The position numbers and the translations under genes were made by a program. A model generated the notes under the pieces. That model saw nothing but the letters and a program-made list of their open reading frames with translations, searched no databases and was not told where the DNA came from. A stretch of 64,000 nucleotides of DNA from Methanobacteriota archaeon. Lineage in GTDB: Archaea; Thermoplasmatota; E2; DHVEG-1. Shown here one piece after another: positions 20,056-30,232 of the stretch. The DNA lies in assembly GCA_963769885.1 (NCBI GenBank), contig CAVYNH010000006.1, positions 384,001 through 448,000 on the forward strand, read 5' to 3'. Each line of letters begins with the position of its first letter. Positions within the stretch are counted from its first letter, which is position 1.

Positions 20056-20883
20056 TTGCTAAGGCATATTAAAGTCTTCCTCAACTTTATTCGAATTCGA
20101 AGTTTTGCGCCAATACTCGTTCTGGTTTTCACAGGAGCGTTCGCTGGTGCAGGGCTGTCAAGTTTTTCACTCCCCGTGCTGTTCGCCTTAATTTCAATCA
20201 CCTTTGCGTGTGCCGGGGCCATCTCTCTCAATAATTACTATGATCTTGAAGTCGACAGAATAGTGCATTCAGAGCGGCCGTTGCCATCCGGAGAACTCAC
20301 CCCCAACCAAGGATTATTAATCGCATTCTCTTGTTGTGCTATGGCGCTGGTGATTGCCGCCTTCGTTAACCTCCCCTTTTTCATCATGGTGCTTTTTGGG
20401 TATGGAATCTGTATCCTCTATGAAAAAGTCACAAAAGACCAAGGATTCATTGGCAACGTCCTTGTCGCGTTCCTCGCAGGGGCTACGGTATGCGGCGGAT
20501 TTGCCGTCAATAACCCGATCCCCGCCTTGATTATATCGGTCCTTGTCTTTCCCCAAACACTCGGGGGAGAAGTTCTTCGTGATGTCCGAGACGTTGAAGG
20601 AGATCGCGTAAAGCGACGCACCCTCCCCATGCAAATAGGAGAAAAAAATGCCGTGTATATCGGCTGCTATTTCTTGGGCACGACCCTGCTTTTCATCCCC
20701 CTCCCAATCCTATTAGACACGTTCAATTCATGGTATTTACCTGGCATGGTTCTCACGAGCATTCTCTTGATTCTCGGAATTGGATATTCTGTCTCTAATC
20801 CCAAGAATGTGAAAAGAACACTTCAAATCACGAGAGTGGCATTATTACTTACTCTCGCGACATGCATAGTTGCGAGTATATAA
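20056..20883 (+). CDS. UbiA prenyltransferase, digeranylgeranylglyceryl-phosphate synthase-like
   Basis: NNYYDLEVDR...RPLPSG and EVLRDVRDVEGD motifs; multiple TM segments. Confidence 0.85.
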   Translation: MLRHIKVFLNFIRIRSFAPILVLVFTGAFAGAGLSSFSLPVLFALISITFACAGAISLNNYYDLEVDRIVHSERPLPSGELTPNQGLLIAFSCCAMALVIAAFVNLPFFIMVLFGYGICILYEKVTKDQGFIGNVLVAFLAGATVCGGFAVNNPIPALIISVLVFPQTLGGEVLRDVRDVEGDRVKRRTLPMQIGEKNAVYIGCYFLGTTLLFIPLPILLDTFNSWYLPGMVLTSILLILGIGYSVSNPKNVKRTLQITRVALLLTLATCIVASI

Positions 20884-20934
20884 ACATTGATTACAAAATT
20901 CTTAAATTGCACAATGATTTCTTCAAGGGTTCTT

Positions 20935-23406
20935 ATGCCGCAAAAAAAAATTCTAATTCTTCCTCTCCATCAAGTGCGGCGTACAGATGAAGCACTCGTC
21001 GGAAGAAAGGCAGCCCATCTTGGGGAACTGTCATCATTTCTGCCGGTCCCAAACGGCTTCTGCGTGACGATTTCAAGTTTCCAACTCTTCCTCGAATACA
21101 ACAAAATTGACGCGATATCAACACCAGATCGCTTGACAGAGCAGAGGTGCTCTCAAATACAGGCGGGGATAACGAATGGCCAATGGCCTCGAAGCCTAAA
21201 AAAAGAAATCATTGACTCATACCAAAAGCTTCAGGCGTCCATCGTCGCGGTCCGCAGCTCCGGCCTTTCCGAGGATCAGCCCGAGGCGAGCTACGCTGGG
21301 CAACTTGCCACCACACTTGGGATAACAACCGAGGCAGCGCTCCTCGATGCCATTAAAACCTGCTGGGCTTCCCTCTTCGCCCCTCGTGTTCTCACCTATC
21401 GGAACACCATCAATGACCGAGGTTCATTGTTGGGCGCGGTCATTGTACAAGAGATGATCAACGCTGACTTCTCCGGCGTCACCTTCACTCAAGATCCCCT
21501 CGTCAGTCAATACCTTGTGATTGAGACCATTGCCGGATTGGGACAAGGCCTCGTCTCAGGGACAATCACCCCGAGCAGATATATCTTCAAAAGGAAGAAC
21601 CTCCAGCTCCAACAGATCAAACAAAACAACCAGCCACAACAAATCACCATGGGGCCGCACGGTATCAGAACAGTCCCCTTTAATCAATTCCCCACTCTTC
21701 CGAAACCTACGGCAAAGGAAATCGTTCGGAAAAGTATGCAGATTGAACGACACTTCGGAAGCCCCCAGGACATCGAATGGGTGATAGGACAAAATCGTCT
21801 TTTCTTTGTTCAGACACGGCCGATTTCAATTCGGCCACCTGAACAACTCTGGACACGCACATTCGGCGACGAGTACATCTCCGGCGTCATGTCTCCCTTA
21901 TTTTTCTCCTGGTGTGCAGAATTAATGGGCACTAATGTCGTGAAACAGCAACAGGGATATCTTTTCGTCACCACCTCCTTTCTTCAGAATTTCTTCAACA
22001 TCCAGCATTTACCCCGGTTCTGCCGACGCAGCCTCATCCGGAATAATTTTCCCCTGTGCATGCAGGAGGAATTGTCAAATCTCCCGTATGCACCACAGCA
22101 AAAACTCATCCTTGAATTTATGAAACTTCTTACATCTCCCGATGTCCTTTTTTTCACCACACCACAAGCCTATCAGCAATTCGAAAAAGGATATCGTCGA
22201 TACATAGCGGAATTTGACAAGCAGCTTGCTTCTGCGTCAACCCCGCATGACCTTCTAACGCTGTATTCTCAACTCAACACCATGTTTGCGCCGCATCTCA
22301 AGCTGAGTTTTGCAGGAGTTGGACACTGTCTCACTCTTACCTCCTTGTTAGAAGGGCTTCTCAAACGTTGGCTTCACGACTCCTCTTTCCTTTACACGTT
22401 ACTTACAGAAACGTCCAATAGAACCACAGAGACAAACACCACGCTCGCCTCACTAGCGCGACAGGTACAACAGGGCAAGAGCCTTACTGAGCTATTCACC
22501 CATGAAACTGGATACATTCTTCAGCATCTCCCACAGCATCCCTCATTTTCTCAAGACTTCGGCCAGTTCCTAACGGACTATGGACATCGATCATTCACCA
22601 GAGACCCTCTGTACCCTCGATGGAATGAACAACCATCGCTCGTGATTGACAATATCAAAAACATCACGAAGAAATCACGCACCGATCTTGAAGAAAATAC
22701 TCTCTCTTCTCCATCGCAGCAGGAAGCAATACAGCGTCTAAAAAAATTGACGATAGGCAAATATCTTCTGGTAAAAATCCTCCTATCCTACACAGTCAAG
22801 TATATCAATTTTAGAGAAAATGAACGATTCATCCTCGACCTCCATATTTCTCGAATGCGAGCATTATACCTGGCGATGGGACAGATGCTCGTTGAGAGAA
22901 AGAAGTTAAAGAAAAAAGAGGATGTCTTCTATCTCAGCATTGGTACCGTTCGCAGTCTTCTAACTGGAGAAAACCAGGACGTACTCAAACAAATCAGCCA
23001 AACAAAACAAGAGTATAAAAAGAATCTGGAAACGATTCCTCCAAAATTCTTACGCGGCGATTCAGCACTCGATGATTTCCAACCAGAACTAGTTGGCACA
23101 CCCGCTAGTAGCGGAATCATTAAAGGGAAGGCCCGTGTAATTGCAGCCATCGATGAATTCCCCACTCTCCAGGCGAATGAGATTCTGATTACTCGAATTA
23201 TCGATCCTGGAATGACCCCCTATTTTTCTACTATCGCCGGTGTTATAACTGAAATCGGCGGCGTTCTCTGTCACGGTGCAATTCTGGCTCGAGAATATCA
23301 CATTCCTGCAGTCACTGGAGTACACGGAGCCCTCGACAAAATATCCACAGGCGATGAGGTTACAATTGATGGCGATACCGGTAGAATTTACGTCAAGAAA
23401 AAATAA
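20935..23406 (+). CDS. PEP-synthase-like phosphotransferase with rifampicin phosphotransferase architecture (ATP-grasp, central domain, C-terminal His swivel)
   Basis: VGRKAAHL, AVRSS..ED...SYAG, PQDIEW, QTRPI; central YGHR; C-terminal GGVLCHGAILAREYHIPAV. Confidence 0.85.
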   Translation: MPQKKILILPLHQVRRTDEALVGRKAAHLGELSSFLPVPNGFCVTISSFQLFLEYNKIDAISTPDRLTEQRCSQIQAGITNGQWPRSLKKEIIDSYQKLQASIVAVRSSGLSEDQPEASYAGQLATTLGITTEAALLDAIKTCWASLFAPRVLTYRNTINDRGSLLGAVIVQEMINADFSGVTFTQDPLVSQYLVIETIAGLGQGLVSGTITPSRYIFKRKNLQLQQIKQNNQPQQITMGPHGIRTVPFNQFPTLPKPTAKEIVRKSMQIERHFGSPQDIEWVIGQNRLFFVQTRPISIRPPEQLWTRTFGDEYISGVMSPLFFSWCAELMGTNVVKQQQGYLFVTTSFLQNFFNIQHLPRFCRRSLIRNNFPLCMQEELSNLPYAPQQKLILEFMKLLTSPDVLFFTTPQAYQQFEKGYRRYIAEFDKQLASASTPHDLLTLYSQLNTMFAPHLKLSFAGVGHCLTLTSLLEGLLKRWLHDSSFLYTLLTETSNRTTETNTTLASLARQVQQGKSLTELFTHETGYILQHLPQHPSFSQDFGQFLTDYGHRSFTRDPLYPRWNEQPSLVIDNIKNITKKSRTDLEENTLSSPSQQEAIQRLKKLTIGKYLLVKILLSYTVKYINFRENERFILDLHISRMRALYLAMGQMLVERKKLKKKEDVFYLSIGTVRSLLTGENQDVLKQISQTKQEYKKNLETIPPKFLRGDSALDDFQPELVGTPASSGIIKGKARVIAAIDEFPTLQANEILITRIIDPGMTPYFSTIAGVITEIGGVLCHGAILAREYHIPAVTGVHGALDKISTGDEVTIDGDTGRIYVKKK

Positions 23407-23458
23407 CTACACATTTTTTCTTTAAAAAAGGGTATTTCGGGTATTGAAGGATTATTTG

Positions 23459-26400
23459 CTATTGTTCTAGAACCGTATCTTTGGGAGCTTCTGCCTTCCT
23501 TGTGAGTCGTCCCTGGATTCTTCGTGCGAATATTGTCAGCAGGGCGAGGACGGCGGCGGCGATGATGAGGCAGAAGCCAAGGCCGGGTCCCCATGAACAG
23601 GGGACCTTCACCTGCTCGGTGCCGCCGGGGAGGGTGACGTCAAGCGTGCCGCTACCCATGAAGCTGCCGACGCCGATCTGGGTCACTTGGGAAAAGGCGT
23701 AGTAGAAGACGCCGAGGATCATTAAAATCACGATCACCGCCAGAATTGAAAAGATGAGTGTGGTCTTCCTCAGCCGTAGGCTGGCCACCAGGCTAATGAT
23801 GAGGAGGACGCAGGCGATGCCGACGAGCAAAGACAAGAGCCCTAGCACCATGGTGACCTCCGCGGGGACCGCGCTGATTTCGCCGCCGATGGCGTTCGTC
23901 GCCTTCGTCATGGTCACGATCTGCGGGGGGATGACGAGCGTGTTGGTGGTAGTCGAGACCACGCCGGTCTGGCCGTTGAGGACCCACCAGGGGGATGCGA
24001 GGGCGATGATGAGGAGGCCGACGGTGGCGATCTTCAAGGTCGGGTTCGGTCGGCGTTTCCAGAGAAAGAAGACGAGGGCGCCGATGGCGACGGCAATGCC
24101 GAGGGCGGTTAACAGGGCATGCAGGGTCGACCCTTGGGTGGTGACGAGGTCAAGGGATTTCTCCCCTCGGACCTGGACTTGCTGTTGGGCGATGGTTTCC
24201 TGTCCTGATTGGACGAGGAGTTCGTAGTCGCCCGGAGGAATGCTGATGGTGGCGGTGCCGTCCAGGGTGATCTCAGTAGTGTTGGTCTTCTCTTGGCGTT
24301 GGACGCTGACGCTGCCGTGGGAGAGTCGGTTCGCGTAGGAGTCGTAGAGGGTCAGGTTGATGGGGAATTCGGCGGGGAAGACGATGGCAAGTGTGGTGTC
24401 TTTGTCGATGGTGAGATTGCGGTCGACTTTGAAGGTCTTGTAGGAAAGGCTGAGGCGGTAGGGGGCCGGGGGGATGTCGGCGAACTGGTAGGCGCCGGCC
24501 TGGGTCGTGGTCGCATGGATGGCAGTGGGTTGAGTCATGTCGCCGCTGGTGAGGGCAGGGTTGAGGTCGACGGCGGGGGGAAAGCCCCAGGTGTCGGTGG
24601 TGGTGAGGCTGAGGCGGTAGCGTTGGAGGGTGAAGGAGGTTTTCATGGCGATGAAGTGGCGGAGGGTGGTGAGACGGATGGTTTTGGTGCCGATTTGAAA
24701 CCCCCGATAGTTGAGTGCGAGTCGGTACGGTTTGAGAGGAGAGCAGGGGGCGGTGAGGCGGGCGGTGCCGTTTTGGTCGGTGGCGGCCTCGGCGATGGTT
24801 GCGTCGTCGAGCGTAAAGGTACAGTAGGCGTTGGGAACCGGGGTGTTGGTCTGGTCGTTGAGCGTGACGGTGATGGTGCCTTGAGAGCGGCAGCGGATGT
24901 GGATGGTGGTGTCTTGTGTGAGGTTGACGACGGCGACGCCGATGTATTGGTGTTCTTTGGCGTGGCGGGGGTTTTCGCGGTAGATTTTGATGACGTAGGT
25001 GCCGAGGTCGAGGTTGGGGAATCTGATCTTCTTGTGCAAGGAGGAGTTTTTCAAGTCGAAGATGCCGAGAATCATCTGGAGTTTTTGGCGGAGGTTCGTG
25101 CCGGAGAAGTTGAGGGAGATGGCGCCGAGGGAGAGGCGTCCGACGGTGCCTGAGGAACGGAAAGTGGTCTGTTGGTAGAGTTCGGCGTAGATGTAGGAGA
25201 GGTTCTTGCCGAGGGCGGCGGAGAGGAGGGAGCCGAGGGGAACGGAGGGGGCGTGGCGGACGTAGACGGTCAGGTTGTAGCGTGTGGTTTTCTTTTCGGT
25301 TGCGGTTGTGTTTTCCCGGAAGATGGGGACGGTTTGGATCAGGTGCTGATAGAGGGTGGATTCCTCCCCGATGGGTGTCGTGCTGGTTTTTTCCATGGTG
25401 AGGAACTCGGCCTTGTAGTGGTAGGTGTTTCCTTGGTCGATGGTGGTGAGGTGGTTGCCGTTGTGGTAGGCGGTTCTGGAGAGGGCGGTGGTTCCTGAGT
25501 CGGCTTCGAGTCCGGGGAGTTTGACGTTTTGTTTGGCCCAAGATCGGACTTGGAGGCCGTCTTCGGTGCCGTTGGTGATGCCGGTGGTGGCGCTGAAGAT
25601 GATGCTGTGGAGTTTGCCGGTGGCCGGGTCTTGGAGACTAATCCAGGCTTGTGGGCCGAGGTTGATGTCGTCCTGGGGGCTGAGGACGATCTCCGGGGTG
25701 GTGCTCTGGGGGCTGGTGGGGACGGTGTAGTTTTGGATGGTGCCATCGGTGGTGTAGACGGAAAGGCTGGGGAGGATGTCGCCGACGTTCATTTTTTGGA
25801 TAGAGGCGCTACGGGCTTTGATGGAGACGATGCCGGCGTAGAGGCCGTCTTGGATGGAAGGGTCCGGGATGGTGATGGGTTTGAGGATGGTGTGGTGGGC
25901 GTCGACCGTGATTCGTTTTGTGGTGGTGGGGCTGTAGTAGTAGGTGTAGATGTTGTCTGAGGCGATTTCTCCTTGCGGGCTGGTGCAGGTGAGGCGGACG
26001 CGCGCCATGAGGGTGCCGGTGACGAGGATGGTTTTTTTGATGTCGGTGGCGAAGGCGGTGCCGATGTAGTCCGGGGTTCCTGGGACGCCGTAGCGGAGGT
26101 CGAAGTCGGCGAGTTGGTCGAGGTTGTAGGTTTCGACGGCGGTGGAGTTGGGTTTGAATTTGATGGCGGCCAGCGCGATGGGGTTGCCGAGGAGCTGGCC
26201 TTTTTGGACAACGGTGTAGACGACGTAGCCGTCTTGGCGGATGCCGTAGTAGTCGAAGTCGATGGTCTGGCCTGGGATGGGTTCGTAGAAGTAGTGGGTG
26301 TCTTCGACGGTGATGTGGGTGGGGTAGTCGGCGGGGGGTGTTTCGGTGGGGTTGTAGAGGACGTAGAATTTGGTGTTGCTGGTGGTGGGTTCTGGGATGA

Positions 26401-26746
26401 GGAAGACGAGGCTGCAGGCGCTGACGTGGGTGTCGTCGGTGTGTTGGAGGTCGTAGGCCTGAGAGTCGATTTCTTGGGGTCCGGTGCCGTCGTCGGCGGC
26501 GACGCGGATGGAGGTGTGGGTGTCGTTGATGGCCCAGCAGGGGTTGGTGAAGGTGACGCGGATGTCGATGGGCTGGTCGGCGGCGGTGGCGTTGCCGGTG
26601 TCGATGGGGAGGGTGAGGAGCTGTTTGTACTGGAGGGTTTCAATGGCGGTGTGCGGTGAGGGTGGCTGTGCGGTAAGTGTACTTGTCGTAAGGAGAAGGA
26701 GCGTAAAGGCTATCCAGAGCCGTCCTCGCGGTGATGCTGACGCCAT
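23459..26746 (-). CDS. Large membrane protein with carboxypeptidase-regulatory-like beta domains and a C-terminal multi-TM bundle
   Basis: GAGGTG RBS before MASASP; signal peptide; ATDQNGTA repeat; about 5 C-terminal TM helices. Confidence 0.75.
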   Translation of the reverse strand: MASASPRGRLWIAFTLLLLTTSTLTAQPPSPHTAIETLQYKQLLTLPIDTGNATAADQPIDIRVTFTNPCWAINDTHTSIRVAADDGTGPQEIDSQAYDLQHTDDTHVSACSLVFLIPEPTTSNTKFYVLYNPTETPPADYPTHITVEDTHYFYEPIPGQTIDFDYYGIRQDGYVVYTVVQKGQLLGNPIALAAIKFKPNSTAVETYNLDQLADFDLRYGVPGTPDYIGTAFATDIKKTILVTGTLMARVRLTCTSPQGEIASDNIYTYYYSPTTTKRITVDAHHTILKPITIPDPSIQDGLYAGIVSIKARSASIQKMNVGDILPSLSVYTTDGTIQNYTVPTSPQSTTPEIVLSPQDDINLGPQAWISLQDPATGKLHSIIFSATTGITNGTEDGLQVRSWAKQNVKLPGLEADSGTTALSRTAYHNGNHLTTIDQGNTYHYKAEFLTMEKTSTTPIGEESTLYQHLIQTVPIFRENTTATEKKTTRYNLTVYVRHAPSVPLGSLLSAALGKNLSYIYAELYQQTTFRSSGTVGRLSLGAISLNFSGTNLRQKLQMILGIFDLKNSSLHKKIRFPNLDLGTYVIKIYRENPRHAKEHQYIGVAVVNLTQDTTIHIRCRSQGTITVTLNDQTNTPVPNAYCTFTLDDATIAEAATDQNGTARLTAPCSPLKPYRLALNYRGFQIGTKTIRLTTLRHFIAMKTSFTLQRYRLSLTTTDTWGFPPAVDLNPALTSGDMTQPTAIHATTTQAGAYQFADIPPAPYRLSLSYKTFKVDRNLTIDKDTTLAIVFPAEFPINLTLYDSYANRLSHGSVSVQRQEKTNTTEITLDGTATISIPPGDYELLVQSGQETIAQQQVQVRGEKSLDLVTTQGSTLHALLTALGIAVAIGALVFFLWKRRPNPTLKIATVGLLIIALASPWWVLNGQTGVVSTTTNTLVIPPQIVTMTKATNAIGGEISAVPAEVTMVLGLLSLLVGIACVLLIISLVASLRLRKTTLIFSILAVIVILMILGVFYYAFSQVTQIGVGSFMGSGTLDVTLPGGTEQVKVPCSWGPGLGFCLIIAAAVLALLTIFARRIQGRLTRKAEAPKDTVLEQ

Positions 26747-26973
26747 GTCCACCTCTAAAAGTATTATTGCTATATTTATATAATTATTCTCCTTTTTATC
26801 TAGTCCTCCCTTGGTTTTTTTTGCCCGCTCATCAAGAATGGGTGGAGCCAGGCATGCTTTCATTTTATGGACGCTCGAGCGGCTCCTGGTGCAAACGCCC
26901 CCGGCTCCACCAAGCCTGAGGATTAAAATACCTCGGACCCCTTCTTTCCCCAGACCGAGATAAAGGACCAGTC

Positions 26974-27936
26974 ATGCCCCAGAAAGACCCTGACCACCCC
27001 TACCTCAACGACCTCGACACCGTCGGCTTCACCCCGATTTTCATCCTCGGCCTGCACCGCAGCGGCACCAGCATCCTCTACAAGACCCTCACCGCCACCG
27101 ACCGCTTCAACCCCATCACCGCATACCACCTCATCCGCTACCACGAACTCCTCACCCATTTTCACACCCACACCACAGACCAGGCGAAGACCGACCTCAC
27201 CGCCCTCCTCCACGCCAAAGGACAGACCGACCGCGGCATCGACCGCCTCCAACTCACCGCCGACTTCCCCGAAGAATACGGTTTCCTCCTCGGCCACCAG
27301 ACCATCCGTATGAACCTCACCCCCCGCACCCTCCTCCTCTTCACCACCCTCTGCAAGAAAATCCAGTACACCGCCCAGAACACCCGCCCCCTCCTCCTCA
27401 AAAACCCGTACGACTTCCCCAACTTCCGCTACCTCAAAGCCGCCTTCCCCACCGCCCGCTTCGTCTTCATCCACCGCCACCCCCTCAAGACCCTCAGCTC
27501 CACCCTCAACGCCTGGCAGCACCTCGTCCGCACCAAAAACCCGTACACCGAACAACTCGCCCGACACTACCAACAATCCAGCGACAACCCACTCCTCCAC
27601 CTCCCGCTACGCACCGTCTTCCTTGACGCACCCGAGCTCGGCGCCGTCGCCCTCACCGCCACCGCCGCGAAGGCGACCCGCTACTACCTCACCAACATCG
27701 CCAAACTCCCCGCACGCGACTACGTCTCCATCACCTACGAACAGCTCTGCAGCCGCCCACAGCAGACCCTCGACAAGATCCTCACCGCCCTCGGCGAGCC
27801 GCCGACCGACCTCGACGCCTCAACGCTCATCAGCCCCCGCGACGTCCCCATCGACCCCACCATCCAGAAGCTTGCCCCGTACATCAAGCGGGTCATGCGG
27901 CCGTACTGCGACGCCTTCGGCTACACCATCCCCTAA
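26974..27936 (+). CDS. Sulfotransferase (Sulfotransfer_3 family)
   Basis: PIFILGLHRSGTS PAPS loop, LLKNP, FVFIHRHP, ITYEQL. Confidence 0.88.
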   Translation: MPQKDPDHPYLNDLDTVGFTPIFILGLHRSGTSILYKTLTATDRFNPITAYHLIRYHELLTHFHTHTTDQAKTDLTALLHAKGQTDRGIDRLQLTADFPEEYGFLLGHQTIRMNLTPRTLLLFTTLCKKIQYTAQNTRPLLLKNPYDFPNFRYLKAAFPTARFVFIHRHPLKTLSSTLNAWQHLVRTKNPYTEQLARHYQQSSDNPLLHLPLRTVFLDAPELGAVALTATAAKATRYYLTNIAKLPARDYVSITYEQLCSRPQQTLDKILTALGEPPTDLDASTLISPRDVPIDPTIQKLAPYIKRVMRPYCDAFGYTIP

Positions 27937-29087
27937 CTCGCCTTGAGGTCCGCCAGGTCTTTTTTCCGATACGTCTTCCCGCACCAGCGGATCTCCCGCT
28001 TGACGCTGGAGACCACCGCGTTGTAGGCATACAAGAGGAACGCGATCGGCGCCAGCAGCCCGTACCAGATCCTGTACCTGAATTTCTCCGCTGGGTATCG
28101 CATCAGCCGCTGGAACGTCAGCAGCCCGATCCAGCCGTAGATTATCTCTAGGCCGATGGTCGCAAGGAAAAAGATGCCGAACACCGTGTCCCCCAATACG
28201 AACAGGACGGCATCCATGGCCAGGACCGCGGTCACAAACAACACGCCTAGGTAATAGATGATCCAGGCGGGGAGGCTGTACCAGCGGATCCAGGTGAGCT
28301 GCTGGCTGCCCCACTGGATGAAATTCCGAATGCTCGGCTCCGCTGGGCTTTCCGCCACGCACTGGGGGACGAACCGGATTTTGTATTTTGCCTTCTTCAT
28401 CGCGTGCGTCAGGATGAGATCGTCGGAGAGGCCCTGCCGCCAGCGCGTGGCGATCCCCAGCTCCTGGAACAGAGATTTTCGCACGGCCGTGGATCCCCCC
28501 CAAGCGAAGGTCGTGATCTGATAGAACATGGCGCTGACCGTGGAGAGGCTCCAGGTGGAGATTAACGCGGATTTCAGGTTCGTCGCAAAGAACCAGCGGT
28601 AACCCGTGGAGGCACCGACCTTCGCATCGGTCAGCGGAGCGACGAGGTCGGTGAGCCAGTCTGGATGCGGCCGGATGTCAGAGTCGGCGAAGACGAGAAT
28701 TTCGGCATCCGCACTGCGATCGATGCCCGTGAGTAGCGCCGAGATTTTCCCGCTCGTCCCGGGGACCGGCACGGCGTACTCCAGGCGGGTATGCGCGAGG
28801 CCCTGGATGACCTCGCTGACAACCGGGAACGCGGGGTCCTGCGGGGAATCCAAGACGAACAGGAGGCGATAGGCAGGGTACTTCTGACGGCAGAGCGCCT
28901 GAAGATTCTCCCGAAGACCTTCGCCTTTCCCTTTGCAGGGGACAATGACGCAGACCGACGGCGTCGTAGTCGGTCTCTCCTCCCTGCGTGTCTGGAAGTA
29001 CCCGATGATGAAGAGGAACGGCAGCGCCCCGATGCCGATGATCACGAGGCTCGCCAGGGAGAGCAGGAAGACGGTGACCGGCTCCAT
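27933..29087 (-). CDS. GT2/GT21 ceramide-glucosyltransferase-like membrane glycosyltransferase
   Basis: VIVPCKG, SGKISAL, FADSD, STGYRW, WGGS, LSDDL, QQLTW. Confidence 0.85.
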   Translation of the reverse strand: MEPVTVFLLSLASLVIIGIGALPFLFIIGYFQTRREERPTTTPSVCVIVPCKGKGEGLRENLQALCRQKYPAYRLLFVLDSPQDPAFPVVSEVIQGLAHTRLEYAVPVPGTSGKISALLTGIDRSADAEILVFADSDIRPHPDWLTDLVAPLTDAKVGASTGYRWFFATNLKSALISTWSLSTVSAMFYQITTFAWGGSTAVRKSLFQELGIATRWRQGLSDDLILTHAMKKAKYKIRFVPQCVAESPAEPSIRNFIQWGSQQLTWIRWYSLPAWIIYYLGVLFVTAVLAMDAVLFVLGDTVFGIFFLATIGLEIIYGWIGLLTFQRLMRYPAEKFRYRIWYGLLAPIAFLLYAYNAVVSSVKREIRWCGKTYRKKDLADLKAS

Positions 29088-29229
29088 AGAGGTCTAGATG
29101 AAGGAAACGCCGACAACCCTTAAAAGATGTTCTCATCACAAAACCCAGGAAAAGAAATAATTCAGATTCCCTCACCGTCTCCCCCCAGTCCAATCCTTAT
29201 ATACCCAGATGCCGTACACGCCTCCCATC

Positions 29230-29826
29230 ATGAGCACCCTCCTGGCCGTCGAGCATTGCGAACGCGGCCTCTCCGACTGGCTCTTCCTAGAATACCGGCA
29301 CGCAGCCACGATCTGGGAACCCGACGTTCTCTTCACCAACGTCAGCAGCAAGACAGCCACAACGAAGCTCCTCACCATCGGCCACGTGACACGCGAGCCC
29401 GTCAACACCCACCTCAAAGGCCGCCGCTGCATCATCCTCGACCCCAAAGCCACCACACCCCTGTCAACCCGGGACTTCACCAGGCTGCATGCCATCGTCA
29501 TCGGCGGGATCCTCGGCTACAAGAACCCGCGCGGCCGCACCAAGACCCTGATCAGCGACCACTCATCCTTCGAGACCCGCCACATCGGCCCCATCCAACT
29601 CACCATCGACGGCGCCGCCCTCGTCGCCAAGGCCGTCGCCCTCGGCCTGCGCATCAAAGACATCGAGATCGCCTACGAAGTCGAAATCACCCACGACGCC
29701 GTCCACTCCACCATCCTGCCCTTCGGCTACCCGATCCTGGAGGGAAAACCCATCATCACCCCTGGCCTCATCGAGTACCTGATGAGGAAAGACGAACAAA
29801 AAAACAAAGAAAAGAAGTCGACTTAA
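29230..29826 (+). CDS. SPOUT methyltransferase, Sfm1-like
   Basis: VEHCE...WLFLEY, LDPKA, VIGGILG...PRGRT, QLTIDGA; TATA (cttatata) about 30 nt upstream. Confidence 0.8.
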   Translation: MSTLLAVEHCERGLSDWLFLEYRHAATIWEPDVLFTNVSSKTATTKLLTIGHVTREPVNTHLKGRRCIILDPKATTPLSTRDFTRLHAIVIGGILGYKNPRGRTKTLISDHSSFETRHIGPIQLTIDGAALVAKAVALGLRIKDIEIAYEVEITHDAVHSTILPFGYPILEGKPIITPGLIEYLMRKDEQKNKEKKST

Positions 29827-30077
29827 TTCTCCTTGACCGCAAGGTTCGTCGCGACCGGACCGCGCTTCGACTCCGAAACGCAGTACGTCACGCGATCCCC
29901 CTTCTCAAGAAAAATCGTCCAAAACGGCAGCACGGATTTATGGACGAACACCCGCTGACCATCCTCACCGCGGATGAACCCAAAACCCTTCCGCACATCA
30001 TAAAACGACACAATACCTTGAATACTCTCTTTCAAACACTCACTTTCTTCATTGAATTTTCTTTTCTGTGACATCAT
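29823..30077 (-). CDS. Cold-shock domain protein
   Basis: RNP1 KGFGFI and RNP2 VFVH; GPVATNL. Confidence 0.85.
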   Translation of the reverse strand: MMSQKRKFNEESECLKESIQGIVSFYDVRKGFGFIRGEDGQRVFVHKSVLPFWTIFLEKGDRVTYCVSESKRGPVATNLAVKEN

Positions 30078-30232
30078 AAGAAATCACTTTAAACTGGAAA
30101 ACGGAACATCAGGACTCGTTGTTCACCAAAAGGCTTGGCGACAAAACGCCGACTCTGTTTTCAACGGTTTGACCACCCCATACCATAAACGTCTTTAAAT
30201 ACTTTTCTCACCGTACCCACCGACCAACCACA

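Noticed and set aside
17617-23406. Autonomous mobile element or provirus
   Set aside because: No integrase, transposase or viral genes; only compositional and tRNA-repeat evidence.
20935-23406. Calling this gene ppsA
   Set aside because: The His swivel is C-terminal and there is no pyruvate-binding TIM barrel.
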